A DNA stretch of 64,000 bases from Escherichia phage vB_EcoM_011D4: the sequence record MT478991.1. One strand, 5' to 3'. Positions 35,426 to 46,096 of the stretch are shown here, in pieces. Each line of letters starts with the position of its first letter. Within the stretch, counting starts at the first letter, position 1. The notes beneath the pieces are model-generated. The model was not told the origin of the DNA and made no database searches. It saw only the letters and a list, made by a program, of their open reading frames with translations. A program made the translations under genes and the position numbers.

Positions 35426-38104
35426 TTAAATGTCAAACAGGTCCGTAAGCGATGCCACTTTTTCATATTGCAGCTTTGCAGCCGTGGTAATATTCTCCAG
35501 TGGTTTAACGAAAGTCTTATTAAACAACAAAGGCCAGTCTAACCACTTTAACACCTCGCTTTCAATTTCTGGTGGAATACGAGTACCAGACAACCAACCA
35601 AAACAGATTTCTCCAAACGGATTTCGATCTTTGAGCGGTACGATCATAACTTTCTCGCCCTCACGAATCGGATCTAGTCCAAATTTTCGAGCATTACGAT
35701 TATAACACAATACGCTCTTAACCGCATACGGACAACCCTTAATCGGATACCCGTTTGAATCGCTGTATTTCTGTAGGTTGTTTGCAGATGACACCGCAGC
35801 AACCTCAAGATAGTCAAGTTTTCTAAATTCTTGCTCAAAAATACCGTAGTATTCCTGCAATGACTCTTCACCTTCCTGCAACATACGACGAATACATTCT
35901 TTCAGTGATTTCTGACATGCTTTAGGCGTAGAGCTACGTTGCGTTTCCAAGCCCATGATTTTTAGCTTAGGTTCAGCAAAGCGCGTTCCTTCCATATCCC
36001 AAACATTAAGAGCATAACGCTTTTTACCAGTCCAGAATCCACCGATACCCGCAGATTTCAACGGAGGACCAGCAATTGCTTCACGGTCCATAAACATCAA
36101 GTGCTCATAGTTGTTCATGTACTCGCACAACTCTCGATATCCTTTGTCGATAATCGGTTCCATTCGATGTTTACCGAAATTATCAAGGAAGTCAACAAGT
36201 TTTTCGGTATCGTCGAAACGATCTTCCCCGCCAACCTTATCAACAACATTGTTAACCAGCACATAAACGGAGTCAGTATCACAATAACGAACATATGCAA
36301 AATCAGTTGTTCCGCAAAGCTCGTTTAAGTATTCGTTAATCTTACGCTCAATCCACTGAATTGCAAGCTGACCAAACAGTGTGATCGCACTAGCGTTACG
36401 GAGATCATAAAAGCGGAATTTAGGATTCCCCAACGCACCATAAAGGGAGTTGATCAAAACTTTACGAGAAAGCTGGTTTGTATTGCACAAGATCGACTCG
36501 TCTTTACATTCTTCCAGCAATTTTTCTAGGGTATCTTTGCTTAATTCCAAAAGCATAGATTTAAACGCTTCATCGAAGTCATGACGCACTTCAACGCTAT
36601 AGCTAATGGTTCCCCCATAAACATGATTTTCATCGTGTAGAATCGCTTTACATAGTTCAGCATTGCGATCACATGCCAACATCATGTTTTTGTACTGCTT
36701 ACGCTGATCGAATACCTTTTTAATCTCAATCGGTACGATACCATGAATATCTTTTCTATACATCCATCCGTTAGGCGAGCAAGAATACTCATCACTCGGA
36801 CGTGGTGCAGTTTTATTGATATACTCGTGCATCGGTGCAGCATCAAAAGATCCAGCGATAGTTTCGGGTGAAATATTTACCTGCCTAATTATTGAAGGAT
36901 ACAAACTCGTGAGATCGAAGCTCATCATCCAACGGTAAGCATTCGGCACAGGTTCTTTTACAAATGCGCCTGGATACGTCTGCTTAGGCTGTATCTTATT
37001 TTCCGGTACTACTTTACCCTCTGCTTTCAGAGATCCGAAGATAATAGCATCCCATACTTTCATCGGATTATAAACATGGTTAAATTTAATCTTTGCATAG
37101 AAACATAGGCTATACACCAGATCAATAAAACCACGCTTTTTATCAATCGCCAGCACACGGTCAACGTCGCCGATGTTATAATCGATGTAAAGTTGATGGT
37201 TGTCATCACGCAATTTCTTTAATGGACCATCATAATCAACCTTACCGATTCCTGTCTCATATTCAGCAACATAATCTAATGCATATGTTGGTTGAGTCGT
37301 AAAGCTAAATTTCTTGTACAGGTCAATATAATCAAGGCTTTCGATCCCCATGATCGTAAATGCTTCACGCTCGTTGCCAAAATCATCCTGTGAGATTCGG
37401 GATTTAATCTTACCGCACGGGCTTAATCGGTTTGCCGTTCGACTTCCAAACTTATTACTGATACGCTTAATGATATATGGAATATCGAATGTTTCTGTGT
37501 TCCAGCCAGTGAAGCCAACTGGTCGGTTTTCCTCAAAGAATCGGATGTATTCTAATAGCAATTCATCTTCTGTATCATAGACGTTATAAACAACGCGCTC
37601 TACAATATCAGGTCGAAGAATAGATTTGCTTGCTTCCCAGATTTCACCGTTCTTTCCTTTCAAATCAAATACAAAGAAACGATCATGTACGGAATCATAA
37701 TGCGTAATTGCATCGATAGGATATTTCGCTTCTTCTGGTTTAGGAAATTCTGGGGCAGTGACCTCAATATCAACCCACGCTACACGGATTTTATTTCGGT
37801 CATATCGAATCTCGCCTTTATATGTATCGGACAGATAGGAGATGATAAAATCATCCATCCCTAGTGCCTCTTGCCCCATTTCCCCCATCTTTTTACGCCA
37901 TTTGTTGGCCTCGTTCATAGATGGGAATTTTTTAGCAATGCAAGGCTTGCCATAGATATCTTTATAATTCGTAACCATACCAGGCGCGGCATGATGAAAT
38001 AAAGTTGGCGTATATTCAACGTAACGCTCTTGTTCTTGTCCAGCATCATCAATATAACGCTCGTAGATCTTATCACCTACTCGCTCACATGACAGAAAAT
38101 ACAT
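35426..38104 (-). CDS. 43: DNA polymerase gp43 (family B)
   Basis: Refined ATG at 38104 with GAAGGAG RBS (track start 38134 is GTG); extensive identity to T4 gp43 (ERYIDD, FTGWN, SFDLTSLYPSIIRQVNISPET, KILINSLYGALGN, YCDTDS, KKRYALNVWDME). Confidence 0.95.
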   Translation of the reverse strand: MYFLSCERVGDKIYERYIDDAGQEQERYVEYTPTLFHHAAPGMVTNYKDIYGKPCIAKKFPSMNEANKWRKKMGEMGQEALGMDDFIISYLSDTYKGEIRYDRNKIRVAWVDIEVTAPEFPKPEEAKYPIDAITHYDSVHDRFFVFDLKGKNGEIWEASKSILRPDIVERVVYNVYDTEDELLLEYIRFFEENRPVGFTGWNTETFDIPYIIKRISNKFGSRTANRLSPCGKIKSRISQDDFGNEREAFTIMGIESLDYIDLYKKFSFTTQPTYALDYVAEYETGIGKVDYDGPLKKLRDDNHQLYIDYNIGDVDRVLAIDKKRGFIDLVYSLCFYAKIKFNHVYNPMKVWDAIIFGSLKAEGKVVPENKIQPKQTYPGAFVKEPVPNAYRWMMSFDLTSLYPSIIRQVNISPETIAGSFDAAPMHEYINKTAPRPSDEYSCSPNGWMYRKDIHGIVPIEIKKVFDQRKQYKNMMLACDRNAELCKAILHDENHVYGGTISYSVEVRHDFDEAFKSMLLELSKDTLEKLLEECKDESILCNTNQLSRKVLINSLYGALGNPKFRFYDLRNASAITLFGQLAIQWIERKINEYLNELCGTTDFAYVRYCDTDSVYVLVNNVVDKVGGEDRFDDTEKLVDFLDNFGKHRMEPIIDKGYRELCEYMNNYEHLMFMDREAIAGPPLKSAGIGGFWTGKKRYALNVWDMEGTRFAEPKLKIMGLETQRSSTPKACQKSLKECIRRMLQEGEESLQEYYGIFEQEFRKLDYLEVAAVSSANNLQKYSDSNGYPIKGCPYAVKSVLCYNRNARKFGLDPIREGEKVMIVPLKDRNPFGEICFGWLSGTRIPPEIESEVLKWLDWPLLFNKTFVKPLENITTAAKLQYEKVASLTDLFDI

Positions 38105-38136
38105 AATATAAACTCCTTCACTTACGAAAGACACTC

Positions 38137-38165
38137 ATTATAGGGGAATCGACTTAGTTTGTCAA
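38137..38165 (-). promoter_or_regulatory. sigma70-consensus promoter TTGACA-17-TATAAT upstream of gene 43
   Basis: -35 at 38165..38160, -10 at 38142..38137; flanked by AGGGG/CCCCT inverted repeat. Confidence 0.6.
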
Positions 38166-38186
38166 TACCCCTATCCCATCAGTATC

Positions 38187-38549
38187 TTAGCGTCCGATCT
38201 GATATTTCTCGATCAGCGTCCACTCTTCTTTCTGTTTAAAAGACAGTACACGGAAATTATTAACTTCGGTAGTTTCAAAATCACTATCAATCAGGGTACA
38301 CAGATTCCACTGCGCCAGAAGTTTTGCAATGTTATTGCGGCGTAATTCATCTTCCCACGTCATTTTAACACTACGACCATCTAATTTCAACAACTCCTTG
38401 AAATGAACGATGTAATAGCGCCCTTTCTTCTGGAGAATATGACAAGACTGATACAGTGTCTTGTCTCGATTGTTGGCAATGCCGCAGCGGGTTAAAGTTT
38501 CCTTAATTTTAAGGAAGTTTTCAGGACTAATCAAATTAATTTCAATCAT
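38187..38549 (-). CDS. regA: translational repressor RegA
   Basis: High identity to T4 RegA (MIEI.L..PE.FLK.KETLTR.GIAN..DK.LYQSCHILQKKG.YYIVHFKE). Confidence 0.9.
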   Translation of the reverse strand: MIEINLISPENFLKIKETLTRCGIANNRDKTLYQSCHILQKKGRYYIVHFKELLKLDGRSVKMTWEDELRRNNIAKLLAQWNLCTLIDSDFETTEVNNFRVLSFKQKEEWTLIEKYQIGR

Positions 38550-38550
38550 T

Positions 38551-39129
38551 TTACCACCTTTCTATAATCTTTTTAAGTCGTTTCCTTTCTGTCTGATTCT
38601 TAGTAACACCCGCCAAAAGTTCATCGGTCGCATACGGTTTAATGTGCTTCAATAACTTGTCCATATATCCCTTTTCATTAGCCAAATCGAGATAAAACCG
38701 GGCGTCATCCATATTTACACAATATGCTTTCGCCACTGCCGTTAAAACCAATTTTTGGTCCAATTCTTCTGTTAGTTTAGCCCATTTACCGTATCGTTTC
38801 CCCTTAGAAATACTCTGTAAGAGATAATCAAAATGCATTTGATCTGGGAGGCCATGACCGATTAAATTCATCACATACGCGCTATATAGGCAATCTGCGT
38901 GCTGGGAAAGAGCGGTGTTAATCCATCTCTGGTTATATGCAGAATTGTTTCCCACATTAACGCGCTGTTTATCTAAGGTGATATGATCCATCAGAGCAAA
39001 TAATGCATTGTCGGTTTTCTCGGTGAATGTATCCGCTAATTCAGACACCTTTTCCCAATCACGAGAGCGCCATGCAATTTCATGCTCGTTTAATTGTGTA
39101 TCATCTTCACCGAAAAATTGACCTAACAT
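38551..39129 (-). CDS. 62: clamp loader small subunit gp62
   Basis: Size and position (regA-62-44-45 order as in T4). Confidence 0.8.
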   Translation of the reverse strand: MLGQFFGEDDTQLNEHEIAWRSRDWEKVSELADTFTEKTDNALFALMDHITLDKQRVNVGNNSAYNQRWINTALSQHADCLYSAYVMNLIGHGLPDQMHFDYLLQSISKGKRYGKWAKLTEELDQKLVLTAVAKAYCVNMDDARFYLDLANEKGYMDKLLKHIKPYATDELLAGVTKNQTERKRLKKIIERW

Positions 39130-40103
39130 TATACGAACTCCAATTCAACCATTAATTGCATTAACAAAAAGACAATGTGAATCTCTTTATCAGCCGCGTG
39201 CGCAAACATCTGATTATTTTCACCGATGATCTCAGTGAGACGAATAATCGACGCTGGCTTAACTTGAGTATATAACTCATTATAAAGTTTCTTGACAAAT
39301 TGAGCGTATGTATTGGTATATCGCGGTGCAAGTTTACGCACATTAGCAAACTGTTTAGTTTTAAGTGCTTCCACTACATCGGTTACTTCGGTATTGCTAC
39401 TTTCGATAACCATGCTCAATACGCCAGCATCAATTTTACCGTGTTTTGCGTAACGGTCCAAGAGTTTCATTACGCGCCGGAAATCTGGGAAGTTCTGCTT
39501 AACCAGTTCCGCCAATACGCGCATTTCTTCTACTGGAACACCTTCTTTATCAAGAATTGCTTTACACCGGACGATCATTTCTTTCATCATGCGAAGCTGA
39601 TCATCTTTAGTCGGAGATCCAAACGTGATTGGATCAAATCGAGATCTCAACGCTGGGATAACACCTTCTAGATCGTTTGCTGTGATAATGAAGGTCACAT
39701 TGTTTGAGTATGCCTCAGAGAAACTACGCAAGTGTCTTTGAGCATCAGCCAGCCCCGCTCGGTCATACTCATCGATAATAACAACTTTGCCTTTTTCTCG
39801 TTTTTCTTCATCGAGTGATACACTCTGCGCAAAGCGTGTAATCTCATCGCGGATAAAATCAATCTTACAATCTGCGCCGTTAACAAACAGATAATCAACA
39901 CCAACATCTTCACAAAGCGCCTTAGCAACGGTTGTTTTACCAGTACCTGGCGATGGGCTATGCAGAATCATTGAAGGGATTCGGCCTTGCTTAACGATCT
40001 GCGCGAAGATCTTTTTATCTGCTTCCGGCAGAATACATTCAGAAATTGATTTCGGACGGTATTTCTGTTCCCACTGAAACTCATTTTCATTAACACTCAG
40101 CAT
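39129..40103 (-). CDS. 44: clamp loader large subunit gp44 (AAA+ ATPase)
   Basis: Refined ATG at 40103 with AGAGGTGA RBS; identity to T4 gp44 (EQKYRP, SPSPGTGKTTVAKAL, VIIDE.DR.GLA..QRHLRSF.EAYS). Confidence 0.9.
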   Translation of the reverse strand: MLSVNENEFQWEQKYRPKSISECILPEADKKIFAQIVKQGRIPSMILHSPSPGTGKTTVAKALCEDVGVDYLFVNGADCKIDFIRDEITRFAQSVSLDEEKREKGKVVIIDEYDRAGLADAQRHLRSFSEAYSNNVTFIITANDLEGVIPALRSRFDPITFGSPTKDDQLRMMKEMIVRCKAILDKEGVPVEEMRVLAELVKQNFPDFRRVMKLLDRYAKHGKIDAGVLSMVIESSNTEVTDVVEALKTKQFANVRKLAPRYTNTYAQFVKKLYNELYTQVKPASIIRLTEIIGENNQMFAHAADKEIHIVFLLMQLMVELEFV

Positions 40104-40131
40104 ATAATCACCTCTCACAAATTACATCATT

Positions 40132-40155
40132 AAAAAGGGGAGTTTTATACTCCCC
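40132..40155 (-). terminator. rho-independent terminator (GGGGAGT-tttat-ACTCCCC + TTTTT)
   Basis: 7-bp stem and U-tract on the minus strand between genes 45 and 44. Confidence 0.65.
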
Positions 40156-40167
40156 ACAATCATTATA

Positions 40168-40857
40168 TTAGTCGGTGTAGCTGGAGTCAAGGTCACACGC
40201 GATCATGTAAGACACGGTTTCACTTGCCAGCCATACAGCCTTACGGCGAGTGAAGCTCAATTTGTAATCGCCGAAGTCGGTAGCAACCAGTTTCATGTTG
40301 TCTTTACGAATAAAGAAATGGAAGTCGGCGGTTCCTGCATATTCGCCCATATCAAGACAAAACATCTCATTAGGATTGTTTTTGTCAATCTCTTCCCAGC
40401 CTTTGATCATCAGACGGCCATCAATCGGTAGAAATTCAAGGCGGTCCACTTTAAGCTGATTGCTCATTTTCATAAGCTGTTTCAGATCGTCGTTGCTCAG
40501 TTCGTAATCCACATCGCTTGCAGGTGGAGTAACTCGGCCTTTCGGTGATACGATAGCAGCAGCACTAGCACCAGGATAATTAATTTTCAGACGATCATTA
40601 GACACACGAATGTTTCCGGTGCGGTTATCAACCGTAATATCTGCTTCATCGCCTACCAGATTCAGAATACCCAAGAAAGAGTTAAGATCATAGATCCCAA
40701 TTTCGTGTTCCAGTTCTTGATTCAGAGTCGCTTCACCATATACAACGTTTGTCATGTTTTTGGTGATCAGGACGTTTCCTTTTTTCAGGATGATACCTGG
40801 GTTAATAGCGGAAAAGTTTTTCAGGGTAGCAATGGTTTCTTTAGTCAGTTTCATCAA
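40168..40857 (-). CDS. 45: sliding clamp gp45
   Basis: N-terminal identity to T4 gp45 (MKL.K.T.A.LKNF..IN.GI.LK.G); size 229 versus 228 aa. Confidence 0.88.
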   Translation of the reverse strand: MMKLTKETIATLKNFSAINPGIILKKGNVLITKNMTNVVYGEATLNQELEHEIGIYDLNSFLGILNLVGDEADITVDNRTGNIRVSNDRLKINYPGASAAAIVSPKGRVTPPASDVDYELSNDDLKQLMKMSNQLKVDRLEFLPIDGRLMIKGWEEIDKNNPNEMFCLDMGEYAGTADFHFFIRKDNMKLVATDFGDYKLSFTRRKAVWLASETVSYMIACDLDSSYTD

Positions 40858-40884
40858 ATCACCTTTATCATGTTAATCAATTAA

Positions 40885-41283
40885 TTACGGGTTTACTTCG
40901 TGCTCATTTTGAATCTTTAGCATTCTTTCGATAAATTTTTTCTCGGCTTCCTTGTCGGAGGAGTGAGTATACTTCAATCCAATGTAAGCTGTCAAGTATT
41001 GTTGCAGTGCATAGACAGTAACAGGATTCTTTGCGGTCTTTTTGCCGTCGAGATATACCAGATCACCACGAACATCAAACGCAAGTTTACGACGAATCAC
41101 ATCATCAACAAATTTATCTAGGACAAAATACCACTCAATACACTCTATCCCGTGACGGTAGTTCATTACATCATTATCTTTGATATAATCAAACGGAATA
41201 TGACATAATTTACTATTTTGTAGGATGAATAGCATTTGTTCTTTTAAGCTCATACGTTTCATTCTATCACTTCCCATCAGCAA
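40885..41283 (-). CDS. RpbA-position protein (132 aa)
   Basis: Position and size only (T4 RpbA 129 aa follows gene 45); no motif verified. Confidence 0.4.
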   Translation of the reverse strand: MLMGSDRMKRMSLKEQMLFILQNSKLCHIPFDYIKDNDVMNYRHGIECIEWYFVLDKFVDDVIRRKLAFDVRGDLVYLDGKKTAKNPVTVYALQQYLTAYIGLKYTHSSDKEAEKKFIERMLKIQNEHEVNP

Positions 41284-41659
41284 TTGCGATCAGACGAGTT
41301 ACTACTACGCTAGCGGCTTCAATCAGCAGTTCATCAGTGTCAATCTGATAACTTTTTTCGAGAATATCTTTACCTCGAATAGTTTTAGCGCCTTTAGCAA
41401 TTGAATCATCGTAATACTTGCGCATTGCAGCGATCCATTCTTTTTGCACCATATCATCAATATGAGCGTACAGTTCAAAGCGTGCTTGCTGCGGGATAAC
41501 CTTCATTTTAGCTTTCTCGCTTTCTGGCATTTGTAGTACCCACGCTTTACGGATCTTGTTCATTGCTCGGTCAAATTCGAGACTGGTTTTCTTGTTCTGA
41601 ATGTCTGCTACAGTAATTTTAGCCAGGTTTGCGGAAGTAGTCATAATATTAATCTCCAA
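41267..41659 (-). CDS. hypothetical protein (130 aa)
   Basis: ORF track. Confidence 0.5.
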   Translation of the reverse strand: MEINIMTTSANLAKITVADIQNKKTSLEFDRAMNKIRKAWVLQMPESEKAKMKVIPQQARFELYAHIDDMVQKEWIAAMRKYYDDSIAKGAKTIRGKDILEKSYQIDTDELLIEAASVVVTRLIAIADGK

Positions 41660-41674
41660 AATAAAATCAGTATA

Positions 41675-41905
41675 TCACGTTCTAAAGTTTGTTGCAACCC
41701 CAGCATCAGGGTAATCAAGTTTATCAAATTTGGGGACCAGCATAAACTCATGATGACGACAAGACAACATTTTTGTTATGTCTTCATCGCTGTATATGCT
41801 GTTTTTCATATCCCCCATACTAACTACATATTCTTCACCGGAATATAGATTGATTAATGTATACAATTCTAACTCCGGCTGCGTTACTCTGTCAAATGTT
41901 AACAT
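41675..41905 (-). CDS. hypothetical protein (76 aa)
   Basis: ORF track. Confidence 0.45.
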   Translation of the reverse strand: MLTFDRVTQPELELYTLINLYSGEEYVVSMGDMKNSIYSDEDITKMLSCRHHEFMLVPKFDKLDYPDAGVATNFRT

Positions 41906-43589
41906 TCATTTCAGTGAATCGCCCACGTTTAACCATCTTGAGATGACGGCTAAAATCATCAGGGTTATGGTCACGATGGCTGATAATATACACGTTATCA
42001 TCTAACTTGTCAATGATGGAATCAAGTGCTTTTACGCCTTGAACGTCAGTAGCCCCATCATAGATTTCATCGAGTACCAACAAAGAAATATTAGTACCAG
42101 ATACTTTACCAGCAACATCACGCCATGTAAAGAGCATCGCAAGATCAATACGTGCTTTTTCGCCTTGACTGAATGATGTATACGAAAACGATTCACGCCC
42201 CCGTGATTTGATTGTTTCGTTAAACTCTTCATCTAACGTAAAGATATAATCCGCTTCCATGATCTCCAGATAATAAGCAATTCGATCATTGAAATATGGA
42301 ATATATTTCTTGACGATAGACGCCTTAACACCGGAATCCTTCAACATTTCTGTTACAAATCCGCGATGATATTTTTCAAGAACTAGTTTTGATTTTTCAT
42401 TGGTAATCTCTACCAGTTCGTGTTCCAGTTTAGCAAGTTCTTCGGAATTGTCAACCCTTTCTTTTTGTAATTCCTGAATTGCTTTCTGGATCTGTTTAGC
42501 CCGACCTACAGATGCCGTTAAATTAGCTCTCTGTGACTCTATAGCGCGTTTAATTTCCAAGACCTTAGTTTGTGCTGTCTGGAAAGAATTGGCTTTCTCT
42601 GCGTATTCTACGCGCTTCTCGTCAATCAGAGACAGCTTATGTTCTGCTTGTGCTTTTTGCTCGCGCACCGCTTGATCATTACCTTGAATGATCGGTTGTG
42701 TACACGTCGGACAAACCCCGCCTTTCTCGTGCATATGGATAACACGGTCAAAGTTCTGGATCTGCGCACCAATCTGAGCAATAGCAGTATTGATTTTAGC
42801 CAATGCCGCGCTGGGGTCTTCCGGCATAACAACAGCCAATAGCTCATCGGTCAAGCGCGTTTCTTCGGCTTTAAATGCTTTAGCCGATTCTACCTCTTTA
42901 TCATACATATTCTGTAAACGCTGGAGATTCTCGGCACTCGCCTTGCTAGCGTCTTCTATGTACTTTTTATGAGTGTTGATTTGTTGCTGAACGTGATTAG
43001 CTTTCATTTCCTGCATTTGGATATTCTGGGTAATCTCGCGCACATATGCTTTATTCAGTTTATCCATTTCGCCTAGCGTAGCAATATCAAGCAAATCCTC
43101 GACCAGCTTACGGCGACCCGCTGCCGGAAGACTCATAAACGGAACATAACCAGCAGTGCCTAAAACAACGATCTGTTTAAAGCTGGCTAGGTTCATGCCT
43201 ATGATACCTTCAAAATATTCCTGAAAGTCTTTGGTGCTTGCGCTCTCGTCGATCTTTTGACCGTCGCGATGCACTTCGAATACTTCCGGCTTTTGACCAC
43301 GTTTGATATAAAACTCTTTCCCGTCCAGTTCAAACCAGACTTCGACTAACAGTTTCTTTTTGTTGACGCTGTTAATCAATTGGCCTTTCTTGATACTACG
43401 AAACGGTTTACCAAACAACACAAAGCAAAGCGCCTCGATCATTGTTGATTTACCAGCACCGTTAACACCAGTGATTAGTGTCTTTTTGAATCCGTCTAGC
43501 TGAATCTCAACAGGTTCAGCACCCACGCTCATTATATTTTGATAGCGCAAGGTTTTAAAATTTAACTTTGCCATTAATCCACTCCGCAA
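41892..43589 (-). CDS. 46: recombination endonuclease subunit gp46 (Rad50/SbcC-like ATPase)
   Basis: N-terminal Walker A GVNGAGKST, coiled-coil middle with CPTC zinc hook, C-terminal signature/Walker B; 565 versus 560 aa in T4. Confidence 0.9.
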   Translation of the reverse strand: MRSGLMAKLNFKTLRYQNIMSVGAEPVEIQLDGFKKTLITGVNGAGKSTMIEALCFVLFGKPFRSIKKGQLINSVNKKKLLVEVWFELDGKEFYIKRGQKPEVFEVHRDGQKIDESASTKDFQEYFEGIIGMNLASFKQIVVLGTAGYVPFMSLPAAGRRKLVEDLLDIATLGEMDKLNKAYVREITQNIQMQEMKANHVQQQINTHKKYIEDASKASAENLQRLQNMYDKEVESAKAFKAEETRLTDELLAVVMPEDPSAALAKINTAIAQIGAQIQNFDRVIHMHEKGGVCPTCTQPIIQGNDQAVREQKAQAEHKLSLIDEKRVEYAEKANSFQTAQTKVLEIKRAIESQRANLTASVGRAKQIQKAIQELQKERVDNSEELAKLEHELVEITNEKSKLVLEKYHRGFVTEMLKDSGVKASIVKKYIPYFNDRIAYYLEIMEADYIFTLDEEFNETIKSRGRESFSYTSFSQGEKARIDLAMLFTWRDVAGKVSGTNISLLVLDEIYDGATDVQGVKALDSIIDKLDDNVYIISHRDHNPDDFSRHLKMVKRGRFTEMNVNI

Positions 43590-43818
43590 TCACACATTCC
43601 ATAATATTAAATGCTAACACATCTTCATCAATGTTGTAAACACTTGCAGCCTTCACTTTAACTAGTGTGTCTCTGCGATCTGGCAACATGATCACATAAT
43701 CCAGCGTCGCCGGATCATATGTCATAAAGGGATCAATGTAAATCCCTTTATTCAATGCCAGATATTCGCGAAGACCTTCTATAACCCTGTGTCTAAGGTA
43801 GGTCATCGATAGAATCAT
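43555..43818 (-). CDS. hypothetical protein (87 aa)
   Basis: ORF track; between 46 and 47. Confidence 0.45.
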   Translation of the reverse strand: MILSMTYLRHRVIEGLREYLALNKGIYIDPFMTYDPATLDYVIMLPDRRDTLVKVKAASVYNIDEDVLAFNIMECVIAEWINGKVKF

Positions 43819-44411
43819 TTTAGTTTATGTTCCTCTAAAAATTCTTCAATTTCACCTTGCAGGTCTTCCGCTTGCTGTTCCAGAATATCGCGAAATTCAC
43901 CTACAGTCAAGCGGTGATCACATTTCACCAGTCTATGCGGGAGAATATACCCCTTGTACATTGTCTCTGACGCTTCCAGGAATACCCCGCTATGCATGAC
44001 AGAGATCCAACCTGTTAGAGTCAATGGAGTATTCGGAAAATAATATTTGCTGGATTGTTTCCACTGGACGAAAGCACCATATACAATCGGATTATATTCA
44101 CCAACCACACTCTTAATAATAGCTTCTACTTTGTCTTTTACAAATACGCCCATATCCATATTGATCATCAATTCTTGTGGATGTACCACTTTAAGATAAC
44201 GATGATAACCATCATCATAATACAGCTTAACCACTGGCTGACCCCACGTAGATGAAATATTCGCTTTCAGATAACCATAAATCGGATTCTTGTAATGTGA
44301 TTGTTTTATCGTGTAGTTATGCAACAGCGTAATAAAATGTTGCATTACCAGTTTATCTGGATCAGCCGCGACCATAGTCGTATTCATAATATGTTCCCCC
44401 TTCAATCTCAT
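43815..44411 (-). CDS. hypothetical protein (198 aa)
   Basis: ORF track. Confidence 0.55.
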   Translation of the reverse strand: MRLKGEHIMNTTMVAADPDKLVMQHFITLLHNYTIKQSHYKNPIYGYLKANISSTWGQPVVKLYYDDGYHRYLKVVHPQELMINMDMGVFVKDKVEAIIKSVVGEYNPIVYGAFVQWKQSSKYYFPNTPLTLTGWISVMHSGVFLEASETMYKGYILPHRLVKCDHRLTVGEFRDILEQQAEDLQGEIEEFLEEHKLK

Positions 44412-44679
44412 ATTGTTTCAGGTCTTCTAAAAGTTCATCCATTGCTTGTTTCAGCACATGACGCAGCGTAAAATAATAGCTTTCATCAAATTCTATTTCA
44501 TCGCGAGGAATAGAGCGAAACTTACACTTAACGGTAGTGTCAGTGAGTCGCTTTTCGAGCATCATACGAACTTCTTCATGATCTTTGGAATACCATACAT
44601 CAACGGAGATCCCCTTACGGCGAGCAAACATAGGCAACGCTGCATTAAATTCCATTACTTTTTGTGCAAGTGTTTTCAT
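44362..44679 (-). CDS. hypothetical protein (105 aa)
   Basis: ORF track. Confidence 0.5.
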   Translation of the reverse strand: MKTLAQKVMEFNAALPMFARRKGISVDVWYSKDHEEVRMMLEKRLTDTTVKCKFRSIPRDEIEFDESYYFTLRHVLKQAMDELLEDLKQYEIEGGTYYEYDYGRG

Positions 44680-44927
44680 CGTACAGACTCCATAGACCCA
44701 CGAGCAATAACATTCTGGGTAATATCAGCAACCTTACGGGATACGATGGTTGCTAGTTCCAGTCTAGTGATATTGTCTCGGTCGAAAGGAATTTCATCAT
44801 GTGTCCACATCCCGTAATTAGAACGGAAGGATAGCATATGTTGACCATTCCGAACAACCTCAAAAACTCGGATCTTAGTAAACTTCTCTAAACTTGCGTT
44901 AAATTCTTTCAGTGTGTCAGTAATCAT
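44676..44927 (-). CDS. hypothetical protein (83 aa)
   Basis: ORF track; GGGAGG RBS; preceded by PeSL. Confidence 0.5.
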   Translation of the reverse strand: MITDTLKEFNASLEKFTKIRVFEVVRNGQHMLSFRSNYGMWTHDEIPFDRDNITRLELATIVSRKVADITQNVIARGSMESVR

Positions 44928-44951
44928 AATAACCTCCCATCAATTTTAGAG

Positions 44952-44980
44952 AGTATAACGGGGATTTCTCCCCGCGTCAA
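44952..44980 (-). promoter_or_regulatory. PeSL-type early promoter: TTGACG-17-TATACT with GGGGA/TCCCC stem
   Basis: -35 at 44980..44975 abutting the gp47 stop; -10 at 44957..44952. Confidence 0.5.
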
Positions 44981-46006
44981 CTAACTTTTTGCGCTATTTA
45001 CTTCGGCTAAAAGTTCATCAGAGATACGCTTAACTGCCGCAAGTTCTTCCGGTTCTAGGTTTTGTTCTTCCAGATATTCATAGACCATCTGAATAGTGCT
45101 TTTAACTTCAATAACACCTGTTTCCTGTGATGCGCTACTCTCCAGCTTATGGACAACTTTTAGCTTATGCACAACGGCTTCTAACGCGCTTTCTAACTTA
45201 GTTAACCCATTATCAGCGACCGTTGCAATTAGGCGCACACTAAGCCCTTTAAAGCGTTCTACATCGATTTTATCATCTGACGGGTAAGCGATACGCACAT
45301 GATAAGTTTTGTCATTCTGGATAAACTCCTTTTTGTGTGTATCTGTATCGAATACCCAAAAACCACGCGGATCATTTTCGTCGCCAGCCGTTAGTGTGTA
45401 TGGTGTACCGATATACGTTACGTTACCGCCATCACTGATAGTATGAAAGTGACCGGAAAACACTTCACGGTATTTCTTGAGGAAGTCCGCGCTATAACCT
45501 TCGGATTTTAACCCTTTATAGAAATAGTAGCCGGACAATTCCCAATGGCCTACACAATATTCGCTGAATGAATTTTGAATAAACTCTAAAACCTCGGATT
45601 TATTGTCATCACAAAACCACGGGAACAGGTCGAATGATACCCCATCAAAGGTAACTGTTTCCGGCTTATCAATAACCTTAATGCAATCATACTGGCTTAA
45701 CACTTCGCGCGGTGCGTTAGGCTGGATCTTATTGCGTTTAAACATATCATGATTCCCGACCGTGATATAACAGGTGATTCCTGCCTCTTCCAGTAATGGG
45801 ATGACCTTAGTACGGTTAAATTTCATGGTTTCATGTGTGATAGCCTTGCGACAATCAAACCAATCCCCTGTTTGAATCCATATCTTAATACCGTTTTCTT
45901 TAGAATAATCAACAGCTTTCTTGATCGTGTCTAAAATATACTCATGCACCCACGGATCATCGCCACCGATACCAGTATGCAGATCACCCAAAAGCAAAAT
46001 TTTCAT
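44981..46006 (-). CDS. 47: recombination endonuclease subunit gp47 (Mre11/SbcD-like phosphoesterase)
   Basis: N-terminal MKILLLGDLHTG calcineurin-like motif; 341 versus 339 aa in T4. Confidence 0.9.
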   Translation of the reverse strand: MKILLLGDLHTGIGGDDPWVHEYILDTIKKAVDYSKENGIKIWIQTGDWFDCRKAITHETMKFNRTKVIPLLEEAGITCYITVGNHDMFKRNKIQPNAPREVLSQYDCIKVIDKPETVTFDGVSFDLFPWFCDDNKSEVLEFIQNSFSEYCVGHWELSGYYFYKGLKSEGYSADFLKKYREVFSGHFHTISDGGNVTYIGTPYTLTAGDENDPRGFWVFDTDTHKKEFIQNDKTYHVRIAYPSDDKIDVERFKGLSVRLIATVADNGLTKLESALEAVVHKLKVVHKLESSASQETGVIEVKSTIQMVYEYLEEQNLEPEELAAVKRISDELLAEVNSAKS

Positions 46007-46050
46007 AGTCTCTTCCTCTCTTCGTTTTCGATGCTCTCACTATATCATAG

Positions 46051-46085
46051 AAAAATAAAAAGGGAAACCCCTTTCGGAGTCTCCC
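46051..46085 (-). terminator. rho-independent terminator (10-bp stem with two G-U pairs + UUUUUAUUUUU)
   Basis: On the minus strand GGGAGACUCC-gaaa-GGGGUUUCCC then a long U-tract, between 46097..46384 and gene 47. Confidence 0.65.
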
Positions 46086-46096
46086 TTATAAAGCCA